Positions 23,905 through 37,735 of a DNA stretch of 64,000 nt are shown here, piece by piece. Every line of letters starts with the position of its first letter. Within the stretch, counting starts at the first letter, position 1. This stretch comes from Takakia lepidozioides (taxonomy: Eukaryota > Plantae > Bryophyta). The stretch spans positions 82,832,001 through 82,896,000 of the forward strand of contig CM060732.1 of assembly GCA_030704615.1 (NCBI GenBank), read 5' to 3'. The notes beneath the pieces are model-generated. The model made no database searches, was not told the DNA's origin, and saw nothing but the letters and a program-made list of their open reading frames with translations. The position numbers and the translations under genes are program-made.

Positions 23905-24151
23905 TTAGGCTCTGTCTCTCATGTGACTCTCATCAGACTCACCCATCCGACTAATACCCTCGTGCCGACGCTTAAGAGAGGAAAAAAATAACCTTTTTCG
24001 GAGTAACATTGCCATGAGGCGCTGAGAACAAGACTCGAGGGACACACCCCAAGGGAGGGGGGAGAATATAATACCACATCCAACAACGTAATAGGATTTG
24101 AACCCAGAATCACTTGGGTGGCACAATGCTCTATCCAACTAAGCTACCGAC
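23905..24151 (-). mobile_element. tRNA-derived SINE-like element
   Basis: Minus-strand head GTCGGTAGCTTAGTTGGATAGAGCA...CTGGGTTCAAATCC has A and B boxes but no intact cloverleaf. The body shares GAGAGGAAAAAATAACCT with elements in the polygalacturonase introns. Confidence 0.6.
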
Positions 24152-24604
24152 ACATTATAATCTTTTAAAATATTTAAATAATCCTTTGCTGAAAATGTGC
24201 CTTCTTTAGGTAACACCTCATCTCTGCTATTGAACACCTTATGCAGAATAAATGGATGAGTTTTCAAGTTTATTATGGATGAAAGTAGATTTCACTACCT
24301 ATTCATGACTTAGGAGCAATACGCAACTAGCCGTTTGTTGGCTCATACGCGTCGGTGTCAAAAATCGTTAATTTCCAGGCGTTACCTCCTCTCCTTTGCT
24401 GAAAGTACTTCCTGATATGCTTCTCAAGGTGATACCTCTCTCCAATAACATTTTTCTTATTGAGCAATTTATGAAAAATAAATGGGTGAATTTTCAGGGT
24501 TATTACGGATGAAAGTAGATTTCACTATTTGCTGTGAGGAGCCATACGCGTCTAGCCGCTTGCTCCAAATGCATTTTTCAGTGGAAATTTTTTCAGAGCA
24601 ACAT

Positions 24605-24668
24605 ATTGCCCAGTGGTTTAAGGCACAAGGCGGTTTCACAAGTGGTCGAGGGTTCAAAATCACGTAGG
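24605..24668 (+). mobile_element. Degenerate tRNA-like head (SINE remnant)
   Basis: TTGCCCAGTGGTTTAAGGCA...GAGGGTTCAAAATC has A-box-like and B-box-like motifs at tRNA spacing. Confidence 0.45.
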
Positions 24669-24705
24669 TGACCAACTCAACTATAAAAGAGTCAACCAGT
24701 TACTT

Positions 24706-24843
24706 ATATATTATTCTATACAACGCCTCCCCAAGGAAGCGTAAATTATGGTGTTTCTTCACCTCGAAGGGCTACATATTATTCTATACAATGCCTCCCC
24801 CAAGGAAGCGTAAAGTATGGTGTTCTCCACCTCGAAGGGCTAC
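24706..24843 (+). repeat. Two-copy ~68-bp tandem duplication
   Basis: ATATTATTCTATACAA(C/T)GCCTCCCC(C)AAGGAAGCGTAAA(T/G)TATGGTGTT...CACCTCGAAGGGCTAC occurs twice, with a partial third copy near 25455. Confidence 0.85.
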
Positions 24844-24865
24844 TGGTGGACACCTTTGTGACACC

Positions 24866-24940
24866 AATTGGTGGATTGAACACACAACCACGTCCGAGGT
24901 GGTATGTGACCCTTACCACTGGGCTACAACTAGGTTGTCA
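24866..24940 (-). mobile_element. tRNA-derived SINE-like element, same family as 58205-58280
   Basis: Minus strand GTTGTAGCCCAGTGGTAAGGG...GTGTTCAATCCACCAA. It aligns with TTGGTGGATTGAGTCCACAACCACC...TTACCATTGGGCTACATCTTGGTTGTC at 58208. Confidence 0.6.
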
Positions 24941-27831
24941 TAATGTGTTGGTACATGGGACTTTTGAGTCGTGGGGGAGGGTTGGCAACCGTGTTGCTTC
25001 TAAAGTAACTTAGCAGCCTTTCAGGTTGAAATAATACTGTAAAAGTTACACATGCTTCAACAAGAGTCTTTGGTCCCCCACCCCCCCTCTCCATAGCATG
25101 AGCTTTGCAGAAGTGCGGCAAACTCCTTATTTCTTTCTTTGAAAGGCATGGTTTCTCCGGATTAGACGATTATACCACTGCTGCGGGAAAAATAGCACTT
25201 GTTGGTTACCACAAATGCATTTATCTAATACACTATATCCGCAACAACAGACTCTTTTGCATGATACTTGCAAATAGTGAGGGGCCGGTCTCCCCTTTCT
25301 CGGGCCTCCATGGCATGTCATGCGAGGTTATTTTTCCTCCTTATCAATATATTTTGGCCTAAAAACTATATACATATAGTGTACGAATTGGGCCATAGAA
25401 CCATCTGGACATGGCTGTGGTATGAGGCATGGCTATGGTACAAGAAAGATAGGGACTCCTCCCCAAGGAAGCCTAAATTATTTTACATGCTATGAATGAA
25501 CAAGAGGCATCATAAGCAAATCTCCATACTAAGAACTGGACAATATCCTGTCTATATTTAAATTTTGATATGTTAATATTAAAGATTGCCACTGAGATAA
25601 GATTCAACCGTCTGATAACCTTCTAGTTGTTGATTGGAGAATATTGATGCAGAATTGCAGGCAGGTCTAAGTGACTAAAAATATCATGTTGGAATAATTG
25701 ACTGAATTGGTGTTGGTCAAAATCAAAATCCTGACTGTCTCACCAAAAGTTGAGATGGAATTAATTAGGATTCTGTGGCCAGGGGTTTGCTTCCCAAAGC
25801 ATTCCAGCGTCAGGGATCTGATTCTCATGTCTTGATGTCTTTTGCAAGACTGAATAACTTAGTACCTCACCCCACTCTACCGAGCTACAAAGTCTTCTCC
25901 CACTCGCATCCTTTTGCTCTACTTTTGTTTCCCAATTATGTTGGGAGCATCACTTGCCAGTCCCAAATTATGAACAGGATCCAGAGCCAGCGAGGTGTCC
26001 ATATCCCCAATCTTGCTGGGGAGAAACCCACCAAGATGAACGTCGATCCTATCAAACATTTCCCGCGGTTCCATCATTGACTGGCCAGCAAGAGACATCT
26101 CATGGCTTTCCAGCACCCACCTAATCTAAAAGCTCTGACACTGTGTGTGCGTTCCCCGTCCGGAATTTGTTAGCCAGTGATGCCAGACTGGCCAACAAAT
26201 TGCTTTGGGAGGAAGCAGAGGATACTGCTCAGAGACAGACAGCACAAGCCCAGAGGGAGGGCCACACAATAAAAGGCTGCACCTCCTTACACCTCCACAG
26301 TTGTACCTACATATATACCCACCCAACATCTTCTCTGGAGTTTCCTGTCAAAGGAAGAAAACATGCTGGGCCATAACTGTGGGTAGGTACTCTGGGTGCA
26401 GTGTTACATCTTCATTCAAAGGCTGAGCCTTTTGTTTGTATGAGGTATCACGTACCAGAGCGGTTTTTCTGAAGATGGGCGATGGTCCACAATTCAGGCC
26501 CTTACTTGAGGAAGTACCCCCCCTTCATTTATGAGCCATGAGGCGCTGAACCACTGCCCACTATATGTGCCTTTTTTTTTATGCTACCTCCTCTGGAATA
26601 TTCAAGCTCCTCCGGGCATTGCCATGTTTGTTGGGCGCCAGAAGTGTTGCAGTAATTCATAGGTGCACAATTACTTGTTTGATAGGATGGGTTTCAAGCA
26701 TGGGGAGCGGACGGTGAACATCTCGGCCATAACGCTTTTTTTTTTCCCCGCAACAAGGGGATTCGCTTTTGCTTAGATCCAAGATGGGCCCAGGGTGGGT
26801 CCAGATAATTTATACTGGATTTTTGGTAGGACTTTGTGTGTATACATAAGAGGAGGCCTAAGAGGAGCAGACGGCAGACGTGTTATGGAGTTCCATTTGT
26901 TTGTGTCTGTCTCTAGACTCTAGAGCTCAGCAAACAAACAAAGGAAGATACACAACACAAGATCTCAGGGGCAGACCCGACAAGGTAAGACGGCAGCTCC
27001 CCAAGAGTGAGGATAAGAGTCAAGAGCGCCGGCTCTTCCTCGTTCGCATGCTGCCCAGTGCCGTGGGTGGGTGTGTAGCAGTGCCTAGTCAAACTACCCC
27101 AACACATCAGTTTCAAAGAAATGGGTCAAAGCCCAGAGAGTCTTCTCTGGCACGAGGGTGGAATCTGAGTTCCATTCACGAGAGAATATCCTGCGTCTGT
27201 TTGTGGTGTTGACACAAGGCCCATGCAGCGTTTTGAAGTTCTCAATGGGCATCCTTGTTCTCAACAGAGTTCACAGGTTGTATGGAACTCGCCTTCTGAA
27301 GGCACACAGCCATTATGGGAGTAGTTGCGTGTTTGCGGGCATTTTCTTTGGAAGAGAGAGGGATTATTAGAGAGTTACTCAGGGAAGGGGTTTAGTGTAC
27401 TGTAGAATGGCAAGAGCAAAAACACCGAGTTTGCATGGCATTGCTGTCTAGTGCACGGGCAGTCGAGGAAGCGGGCAGCAGCCTGCCTCTGAAGCCCTCT
27501 GGTACTACCGCTTTCCACGGATCCTCAGGACTCCTGTGTCTGTTGCTGTAGTTGCGAATGTGGGTTGGTGGGGAGAAGATCACGCTTTGTCTTCCCCGCC
27601 TCTGGTTGGGTGTCTACTAGCTTGAGGTGCAACTTGCAGGTGTTGATTCGGAGGAGCGTCTGGTGGAAAGAGTAGCGGCCCAACAGGAGGGGCGATGGTA
27701 TGAGGAAACGCAGGTGCAAGAGCGTTGAGCATGCGTGGAGTGAGGCTGAGACTGCGCAAGCAGTCGGTGTGAGTAGTAGGTAGGCAGCTGTCAAGATTGC
27801 AGAAGCGCGTGGGGAAAAGTAGCTGCTCGCC

Positions 27832-30800
27832 ATGCAGCTTGCCCAGGGGTGTCTGCTAGTGGTGCTGGTCCTCGTCGTGCCCTGGCAGACCTGGGCCAAT
27901 TCCGAAGGTGTGCCTCTTCCCTTCTTCAACTTTCTTTGCGCGTGTAGTTGGCATCTCCAGCAAACAAAACTCTAGACATTAGTTCTGATGAGTGTGCAAG
28001 TGTTAAGGGTGGGTGTCCACGGCAGTGACGCAGAGTGAGAGGGAGGAAAACACAATCAGTTTGTGCAGCGTAATTCAAAGCATGTGGAAAAGGCTTGGTA
28101 GCAGGCTAGTATGATTGAACGACTGCACGGCTCACTGAAGCTCAGAGTACTCTACACTAGGAAAAATGTTGGGGTAGATGTACCGAACAGTTGTTGCGTA
28201 TGGGTCAGTTTGCATTTCGGTGATCGCCTACTGTATATGTTCTGAGAATAGAACAGTTAGCAGATGGCTTTGTTCCAGCTTTTCCCCTTGTCAATAGGGT
28301 ATATTGAGCTCAGCTTACAACAATTCAAGGTGTGTGAACACTTTGATAGCCTGTTGGGGCATTGGGGACGTCTAGTAGTACCCGGAGAAAGCTGGAGAGG
28401 AAGGTGTATTTGTAGAGTTCTGGGCGAAGGGAGTAGCCCAAATGGTGGGTTGGGGTGCCTAAGTCCTGTCCCTGTCGGTGTGTTGGAAGGTAACAATACC
28501 AGACAGCATGAGGAATGGGAGAGAAAAGGTCATCATTTGGTCATTCACATCTTGGTAATCCATAAGCATTCATTTGGCTGATGTTCATGACATTGTGGTT
28601 TAATCATCTAGTACCAGCCCAATAAATGTGCAAAACCCTTGTTCTATGCCTACCCAACCATCAGGTTGCTTACTGGTGCAACTTTTGCATGTGGGTGACT
28701 TCAAGTGCCCCCCAGCCTTATAGCAAACTACAGTGCCCGCTGGAGATTTCCCAGTAGAATGCCATGGCTTCTAACAGAAAATGGTCTGGAGGTTATATCA
28801 CACTTTGGTAGCACTATGTTTGCCATTGCTTTGCTAATGGAGGAGTCATTACAGTCAACAACACTAGGACCCGTGATTCAAGAACCAAGGTCCTTGAACA
28901 AGTCTTCCAGAGAACGTGGTTCCATCTATGCAGTACCATGGTGAGGACATTTTGATAGTTCAAAGATCACATAATTTTTCTGTGAATATCCAGACCATTC
29001 CATGCAGCCAGCACTCACACAATTGTGTGTGGATCCTTTTAAGACACCTTGCCAAAACTCTGCAAGACTGAATGGTATCAGCATTTGAAGGGTTGATCCA
29101 GTGGCATATGCAGCCTCCTGATCATTTGGTAAGTGTTGAGGATGTTTTTGATGAGGTAGGTGGGAGCCTTGAGTTCTCTGTTGTCTCTTTGGCCTCTTTT
29201 GGCGCTTAAAGTGTGGTTCATTCCTCCGTGCACCCCCCCGCCCCCCAAAACGGGGAAAAAAAGGTACATTGTAGGGCCATCAATAATCAACTAGTGCAGC
29301 TCCACCCGACTCGCCCGCTCCGCCAGAGCGGAGTGGGGAGTTTTGAAAATCAGGCTTCCAACCAGTCAGAGTCATCTTCACCAGTAACTTCCCTTGGCTG
29401 GTCTATGCAACACATGATATTGGGCCTTTTAGGACATGTCGCCCCAGCAGATGGAGTTCATAGGTGTGCCATGTGTGGTACTACGAACTGGCCTTCTGGT
29501 GACAGGATGACCAAGCATAATAGTGGGGTATCTATGAAGCTCCTGGGATGAGGTATTGGGCCTAGTCAAACCCCTTTGGCATCATCACTTCAAGGATGCA
29601 TGGTATGATGATTGGTTATACTCTATTCACCAGGGTAGAAGCTCTTCAATTGTTTACAGCAGAGGCTCAATGTCTTTTAATTTTGATCTTCCCCTTCAGA
29701 CTGTGGTCTGTGGGAGTGTCTGGTTTGTTCAAGGATATGCTGTGTCCCTCACAGCAACAGTCAAAAGTAGAGTCAACTGAGTTACCTGAAGATCGTATCA
29801 GTTAGTTTTGCCATGGAGGACATCCAATCATGTTTTTAGGGGAGCCCCTTTGCGACATATTTGGGACCTCCTTTGCGTAGCAATGCCACAATCTTACAGT
29901 TAAGTTTGTGGTGTGTGGACCACAGACTAGAAAGGTGATGCCCATGTCGGTGCTTTGCATTGAAGGAGGCAGCAAGGCTGCATGGTTCTGTGCTGCTACA
30001 GAGTGCCTTGTTGCCTTAGTGATAGTGCTTCGTGTCATTGCACATGTCAAATGATTGTAAAGCATACATTATTATCTGAAGGCTTGTCATATGTGAATAG
30101 ATGGATGATGTGTATTGATTTTGTGTATGGCCAAGGCCTTTATATTCAGATGCAGTGAATCCTAGCAGTCTGATTGACTAGACTGTGTGCAAAGTTGACC
30201 TCTGAAAGGGGTGGGTGTTTAGGTGATGCGCTGCATGCCCTGCGAGTACAATTATCTGACCCAAGCCAAGTTCTGCAAAGCTGGGATCCTACACTTGTCA
30301 ACCCCTGCACCTGGTTCCACATCACCTGCAACCCTTCAAACTTTGTGATCCGAGTGTAAGGCTGCCATACTTGAAGTGCGCTTTAGAGCCAAGGCTTGCT
30401 TAGAGTTTAGTGTTGAAGTGGCCTCCAGTTTGGCAAGGTTAGGTTGGATGCAACTGGTATTTTTTTGTCAAATAAGACTCAGTTTTGCATCTTGCTAGAC
30501 TGAGGTCAATGCTTCCCCTTGCTGGACCGTGCAAAGTCGGAGTAGAGTTTATGAACCCATGTTCCTAAGATCTGCAGAGGCCAAGCTGAATATTCAATCA
30601 TAGTTATCTGTATCGTGCATATGAAATTCACATGATACTCAATCCTGCACAGTAGCTTCCTATGTCACTGCGTTGCTGCAGATCTGCAGGCGCCAGGTTG
30701 GGGGAGCATCCTAACCAAGTGCAATTTTAGGCACCACATCTGTAGGACCAAGACATTGCAGTACCTTTGGGGCTTTCTTCAAAACGGTCATGAGTTTCTG

Positions 30801-33800
30801 GCATGGATGCTTATTGTGGGAGTTCTCTGATGTGGAAAGGGCATATCGGCTGCAGAGATCTAGGCAACGCCGGTTTGTCGGGTACCTTAGTGCCCGTCCT
30901 TGGCAATCTTCCATATTTACAATACCTGTAAGTTTGTTATCCCAAGACATTAAGCTGCTTGTGAATGTAGTGCACATGAGCATGTGAGAAATGAAGAAGC
31001 AAAGAAGAAAAGGAATTTAGTTTGTCTTTGATAGGCAGAAGGAGTAGCATGGATGAATGTATATTCAGGTTTTGGAGCTATCCATGCAGGGAAATGTACA
31101 GCAACAACATTTCAGGACCTATACCAATGGAGCTGGGTAATTTGACAATGCTTGTCAGTCTGGATCTGTACCTGAACAAATTCAGTGGTGACATTCCTGA
31201 CACCCTTGGCAAGCTTTCGGCACTTCGCTTCCTGTGAGTTTGTCTTTGCCTCTTTGCTTTGTATTGATTGAGTGTATCACTGGTGGGTTGATGTGCAAGA
31301 TAGAGTGTGGGGAGGGTGATCTTTGAGCTATCATAACAGTGGGTGGGCCTATCATAACAGCCAATCTAAGGTCTTGGTTTTAAACAGTCGTTGTTGTTGC
31401 CACAAAACTAGACCTGGTGAAATACAGGGACACATGTCTGTTTCTGGCCCAAAACCCAACATGTGTCGGATATAAGGAAGGTCTCTTTCCCTAAGGAGGG
31501 ATCTTTCACTGTGGCAACCAAGCATCTGTTCAAGTATATGTTGGCCCTCGTATAGCTGAAGTGACAAAGAATCAAGGTGCATCCACAATTGGACTTGTAT
31601 TGAGTTCACCTCTGTGAAATAGAGTAGAATTTATCAAATGTAAGTTGGGGCTATTGCGCTTAATACTGGTTGGTGTGGCTGGCTGATTGTGGAGGGCAGA
31701 CGGTTGAACAATAATAGTCTACAGGGACAAATTCCATTGCAACTAACGAACATTGCCGGCCTTCAAGTTCTGTACGTTCCACATCCCATTGTTGTTATGA
31801 TGCACTGCCCTTGAAATCAATGTAAGTTCTGATGTGTAGCTGGCATCATTACTACACTAGGTGTTTATTTGGATTGAGGATATCAGTACTCATTATTAGG
31901 GCAGTGTCTCTGATTGTTTGATGCATTGGGAAGTTGATGAAGATGTGCCATTCTGATCTGATATGGTGTTCGGTGGATGATGCAGTGATCTTTCGTACAA
32001 TAATCTATCTGGAAATGTACCAACTAATGGTTCTTTCTCGTTGTTTACTCCTATCAGGTACATTTATCATCCAGCTCTTTTCCTGCATAGTTTTATAGTA
32101 GCAAGCCAGATTGACACCCTCGGAACAAACTTGACCAGTGCTTTGCTTCTTGGTATCACTTTGAGGACTTTGGTAGTGCTCATGGTCAAAGACTAGTGCA
32201 TGTCAAGCACTACACCTCCAGTTGCAGAGCTCTTTGAAATTCAACTGCATACGAAGCTTAGTTTTGAGATTATTTTTTGTGAGAGGAGTTCACTGTATTA
32301 TATGTCGCAATTTTGTAATTTCTGGCAACTGTTTCTCACATGGATAGCCACAGCATTATCTGAAGGGGGCGACCCTTAAATTCTCCTAATGGTCACTCGG
32401 GCAGTTGTGAGCATTGAAAGCTGATTACGATAACCTAACTCTAGTCTGCACTGTCCAATAAAAGACCTGCCTAGAATATTGAGAGAGTGAAAGTAAAAAG
32501 GAACGTATTTTGCACATTTGTTTTATCCCTTCAAGAACCACAACAGATACCTACCCCCAAAAATTGACGCCTGAATGTATAAGCTTTCCATTTCTTGGAG
32601 AAGACTGGTTGTGGTGTGTTGATAATGAGTATGGTTTGCTTATAGTATTTTTTAAGGTGTGAATTATCCTCATGCTGCTGAGTTTATGGTGGGTGGGTTC
32701 ACAATGGGTGAATGTTAATGTCTACAGTTTTCAAGGGAACTCAAATCTGTGTGGAACAGTTGTTGGCAAGCAATGTCCAGGCCAACCGCCGCTGCCTCCT
32801 CCTCCACCATATCAGCCACCTCCCAGTTCTTCTGGATCTACGACTGACCAACGTAAGTGCCTACTCGTCCAAACGACAGGTCTGAAGCCCTAGCCTCTGT
32901 AATTCCCAAATGTCTGAGCTCAGTGCATATTTCAGGTTTATTTTGATACTAAACTGTAGATGTGGACTTCACCCAGTTGATATTGAGGAAAGTGTCATTC
33001 TTTGCCTTCATCCCAGATGTGGTTTATGGGCAGACCAGGCACAGGTCAACGGTCAGGCACTAGGGTGAAGGTAAAGGTTGAATCAGAGACAAGGCTCGGT
33101 GCAGATAATATGTACATTCAGCATTTGCTTTCACAGCTGAACTGAAGAATTTAAGAATGGTTATTTGTAATCATCTTCAAGTGTGGATCAACAGAAACCG
33201 ATCCCACCTGTGCTGCAGATAGTTTGATGCTTACTGGATTGACTCTTTTCTGCCAACTGCAGAAGTTGGATGTCTGGTTAGTAGGGGTGTGGCCTAAGCA
33301 GGGGTGTATGATTGTGCAGAAAAAACCGCGGGATCATCAAGTACAGGAGCAATTGCAGGGGGTGTAGCTGCAGGTGCTGCTTTGTTGTTTGCAGCACCAG
33401 CCATTGGCTTTGCATGGTGGAGACGCCGCCGACCTCAGGAGGCTTTCTTCGACGTTCCTGGTTAGTTCTACCTCATGAGGCAACAATCATGAACCAGCAA
33501 AATATTCAATTAAGATTAAAGAATTGCTATTCGGACACCTTATGTGATTGTGAGGTCTTCTTGTGCTTGTAAGTATGGACTGCTATCATGAAGCTGCTGG
33601 AAAGCATGTCAAGAGATCGAACAGGATGTATCAAAACTAGGAGTTGAATCAGGAGAGGCTGAGCACAAATTTGTCCTCTTCTGGTTGTATTTACCTGCCA
33701 GTGAGGAGAGCAGCATCTTGAGTCCTATTCAGTTGACTCCTAGACTTTCTGCAGGTATAGATCCTTGGATGGATGGGTATCTTCTGGAAGCTGGGAAATG

Positions 33801-36800
33801 ACCAGGTTTTAGCAAGTATGTGGTGTGGATGTGGTGAGGGTGAATGCCTTAACGAATCTTCAGAGGATATGTGAGGTTGAAGGTTAACTTGACCTGAAGG
33901 CTCCCTCCAGTAGTGTGATTTACCGGTAAGAATGATGTTCATACTGGTCTTGCTAGAAATCAACTGAAGTATCAGTGTGCTTCGCAAACTTACCCTGGAC
34001 GTCTGATCCCCAGGAGGACCTCAGTTTTTGCTGTCTTGACTCTGCCACCTGTGGTTGTGGGAACAGAACTAGAGAGAGGGAGGGGTTGGGGGGGAGGAAG
34101 ACGACTGTAAGAAAGAAAGACAGTTTTGTAAGGTCCACAGGAGTCCATGTACTCCAGAGATGTGCTGCTGTAGGGCCAATGCCTGGTCTGGAGCAGAAAA
34201 GGTTGAGAAGAGGAGGATGGGGGACCATAATACGGTCCACTACCATCAACAGAGTGGTTCTTTTATAAAGAACTTAATTCTGGTCTTGCACATAGTTTCA
34301 AGAACGCTCTTTGCCATAGCCACAGTCCATTCACCCCAATATACAGGCCTTAGGAGAGCCACAGCTGTTCGAGTGAAGGAACTGCAGTGATAGTTAGGTT
34401 CCTTGCTTTCAGAGAGGGGCCTCTTGTTCAGAAGAGTATCCATGCAATGCCTCTGAAATGGATCCTCATCAACATGCCCATGGATTGGAAGAGAAATGTG
34501 CTTTGACCTTGCTGGATGGACTTGCTGATCATTTCTGCAACTTAAGGTCTGGCATACTTTGCAGCTATCTTCCCACTATGACTACATCCTGCAGGAGGTT
34601 ATAGTATCCACAGCTTAGTAATCTGACCAGCAACTGAGAGCCCAATAGCAAATAAATTGCATGACACTCGAGGGCAGCATTTGTCACCACGTTAGTGTCA
34701 CAGAAGTTGTGGGATTCCAACGCTAAGTTGGGATGTGGTACGTTTTTGTGGGTCTGCAGCTGAGGAAGATCCTGAGGTGCACTTAGGCCAGCTGAAGCGC
34801 TTCTCCCTGCGGGAACTCCAAGTTGCCACTGACAACTTCAATAACAAGAACATACTGGGCCGCGGTGGATTTGGAAAGGTTTACAAAGGTCGATTGGCTG
34901 ATGGGTCGCTGGTGGCTGTCAAACGCCTCAAAGAAGAGCGCAGTCCTGGTGGTGAGCTGCAGTTCCAAACAGAGGTAAGTCTACTAGTGACAAGCAGGGA
35001 ATCCAGAGAGAGGGGGCTGACAGAAGTGCAGGATGGGCCTGCAGAAGGCTTGTTCTAGGAGTGGGTCTACCTCTGTGAATGAAGCTGATGCTACATTTTG
35101 CAAAAATTGCGTTAGAATTCATGCCCAGGGAGGTTCAGAGTCACAGTAGTGTGAAATGATGTATCTCTGTGTTCGACTGCTGGATGCTGTTGCACAGCTT
35201 GTGCCAAAAGCGGTATTGACCCTGTTTCTCTGAAGCTGTTTCCTTTTAAGAATCCGCGATGAGTAGTCCAGTCCTGGAAAACATGAGTTCATCATCAGAC
35301 ACAGAAGAATGAACATCCAGTCTGTCAGTGTGAAATGTTTGAAGTGTTCAATTATCTGGATCACCAATAGGTTTGCGGTTGATTGGAATGGGATGAGTCA
35401 GGTGGAGATGATCAGCATGGCAGTGCACCGCAATCTTCTGCGCCTTCGTGGCTTCTGCATGACCCCGACCGAGCGTCTGCTGGTGTATCCTTACATGCCA
35501 AATGGCAGTGTTGCATCTCGTCTTCGAGGTTTGCTCCTTCTCCTATTTATATCTTCCTGTTTGGTATCCAAATAATGTATAGCCACTCCTATTTCATTTC
35601 CATGGGTGGCTGGGATGTTCCAGCTCAATACGGCATTATGTGGATTGTTGCAGCAAGCATCTCTTATGGGTCATCCTTTTTCACTTGGCCCCCAGGCTCC
35701 TGGCTCCTGCGTGATTATAACAGAAGCTGGCTGATGAAATGCAGAGCGGGTGCTAGGGGAGCCTGCACTGGACTGGTCTACGCGGAAGCGCATTTCATTG
35801 GGATCTGCACGGGGGTTGTCATATTTGCATGACCACTGTGACCCCAAAATCATACATCGTGATGTGAAGGCTGCCAACATATTATTGGATGAAGAATGTG
35901 AAGCAGTCGTAGGTGATTTCGGGCTGGCCAAACTGATGGACTACAAAGACACCCATGTGACAACGGCTGTGCGTGGGACCATTGGCCATATAGCACCTGA
36001 GTATCTGTCCACAGGAAAGTCCTCAGAGAAGACTGATGTGTTTGGATATGGGATTATGTTGCTGGAGCTTATCACTGGCCAGCGTGCATTTGACCTGGCT
36101 CGCCTGGCTAATGACGATGATGTGATGCTTCTTGATTGGGTGAGTTCCTATACATTGCATCAGCAGTTTAGGACATCCAGATGTTGAGCTCTTTGAAATG
36201 CCCTATGTTCTTACTCATTTCATGAGGGCATTCCACATGAAAATAAGCCACGGAAGCTTCAAAGCTCCTCTAACTGTGCTAGGTGGAGAAGCAGCCGAGT
36301 GTTTCCACACTGTATACTGTTAGGGCACCTTGGACTCTTGATTTTTGGGACGAAGTGATATCTCGTCTACTTGACTGCAAGATGCAGACAAGATGTGACC
36401 TCTGCCCTCACACCATGGTAAGTCAATGAATAAGGAGATTGTCATCTTCATCATGGCAGTATGCAGAATAGATGTAGCATTATCCCCAAGGGTTGTGGTT
36501 GGAGAGCCTAGCCCACTGTTACATGATCATGACCTTGCTTTCCCCAATAATCAATAAAAACCATGGCAGAAGTGCTCTGTCCTCTCGCTTTCCCGCTGCG
36601 ACCCAAGTGCAGGGACTAACATCTTACACTCAGGGAGAGATGGCACCATCTTCCATGAGCTCTTCACTCAATCCACGTCATCCACTCTAGAGATCTGTGG
36701 TGTTACTGTAAGTCATGCACTTGAAAGGTTGGAGGCATGGGATCGACACTTACCCTCATATATTCATGTAATTTGTTTGAAAAAGCAATCCACTGTATTG

Positions 36801-37735
36801 GTCCATCCTTGACAGCTGGGTGTTATTGTGCCATGGTCATGTGTTGTCCTAAACTCATGTGTCTGGATGTGCAGGTGAAAGGGTTGTTGAAAGAACGCAA
36901 GGTTGATCTGTTGGTTGATCCGGATCTCAAGCAAAACTATATCCACAAGGAAGTGGAAGAGCTGATACAGGTATGATGACATGATGTGAGAGTTTATGAC
37001 CTTCACACACGTCAGCAATAATCAATGAAAGGATATTATTGAAGAATATGTTTGCCCATTGTCAGTGGTTGCCAGTGATTTTGGTTTCAATCCCATGTCG
37101 GTCACTGGGCAAACTGTCACCTGATGTCATAGGTACCTTGGGGGTTTTTCTGAGTCAGAACGGGAAGGATTGGGCCGAGACACAGGTAGAAAGTGTCCAC
37201 TCCCTAACAGGAGGGAAAAGGGTCTCTGACTGGTCCAGGGCTTAGAAAAGCAGAATTGGCTTCTCACTTGGGGACATCAACCTCCTTAAAAGTCAATTCA
37301 TTCGGGTTTGTTGAGGAGGCCATTGTTTGATGTAGGGCAAAACTTGGATGAGAGTCTTGCTCACAGGATGGTAGAGTTGATCCATACTTACAGTGTTTCT
37401 TGTCACTCAAAATAGACGGGTTGCAGCTACCTTGTGGCTTCAGCCTGCTAGTTCAGGTATTCGCCTCCTCGCTATATGTTCTTAACTTTTCAGGTCGTGT
37501 GATTTGTGGACAGGTGGCTCTGCTGTGCACTCAAGGCTCGCCAATGGACAGACCCAAGATGGCAGAGGTGGTCCGCATGTTGGAGGGTGATGGGTTGGCT
37601 GAGCGCTGGGAGGAATGGCAGAAAGTGGAAGTGGTGCGCAACCAAGAAGTGGAACTGGTGCCCCATCGGACTTCAGAATGGATCATAGATTCCACAGATA
37701 ACTTGCACGCTGTTGAGCTCTCTGGCCCAAGATAA
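27832..37735 (+). CDS. SERK: Somatic embryogenesis receptor kinase (LRR-RLK II), 629 aa
   Basis: Exons 27832-27907, 30223-30355, 30856-30927, 31090-31233, 31700-31771, 31986-32057, 32728-32852, 33320-33460, 34760-34974, 35402-35528, 35745-36139, 36875-36970 and 37514-37735 join in frame (1890 nt). Features: signal peptide ending [25 protein letters not shown], 5 LRRs, a proline-rich motif, [27 protein letters not shown], kinase [22 protein letters not shown] and the C-terminus [10 protein letters not shown]. Confidence 0.97.

Noticed and set aside
24093-24151. Functional tRNA gene
   Set aside because: A and B boxes are present, but the anticodon arm and acceptor stem do not form a proper cloverleaf. 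Treated as a SINE head.
25775-26740. Degraded LINE 3' region (also 23196-23900 and 28600-29830)
   Set aside because: The composition is suggestive, but no unambiguous RT or endonuclease motif could be read. It needs BLASTX.
26881-27265. Solo LTR (TGTT...AACA) upstream of SERK
   Set aside because: The terminal inverted match is only 4 nt and the flanks (AGACG vs GAGTT) do not form a TSD.
33690-34560. Nested gene in SERK intron 8
   Set aside because: Several short overlapping ORFs on both strands without recognisable domains or splice-consistent structure. Probably a TE relic.
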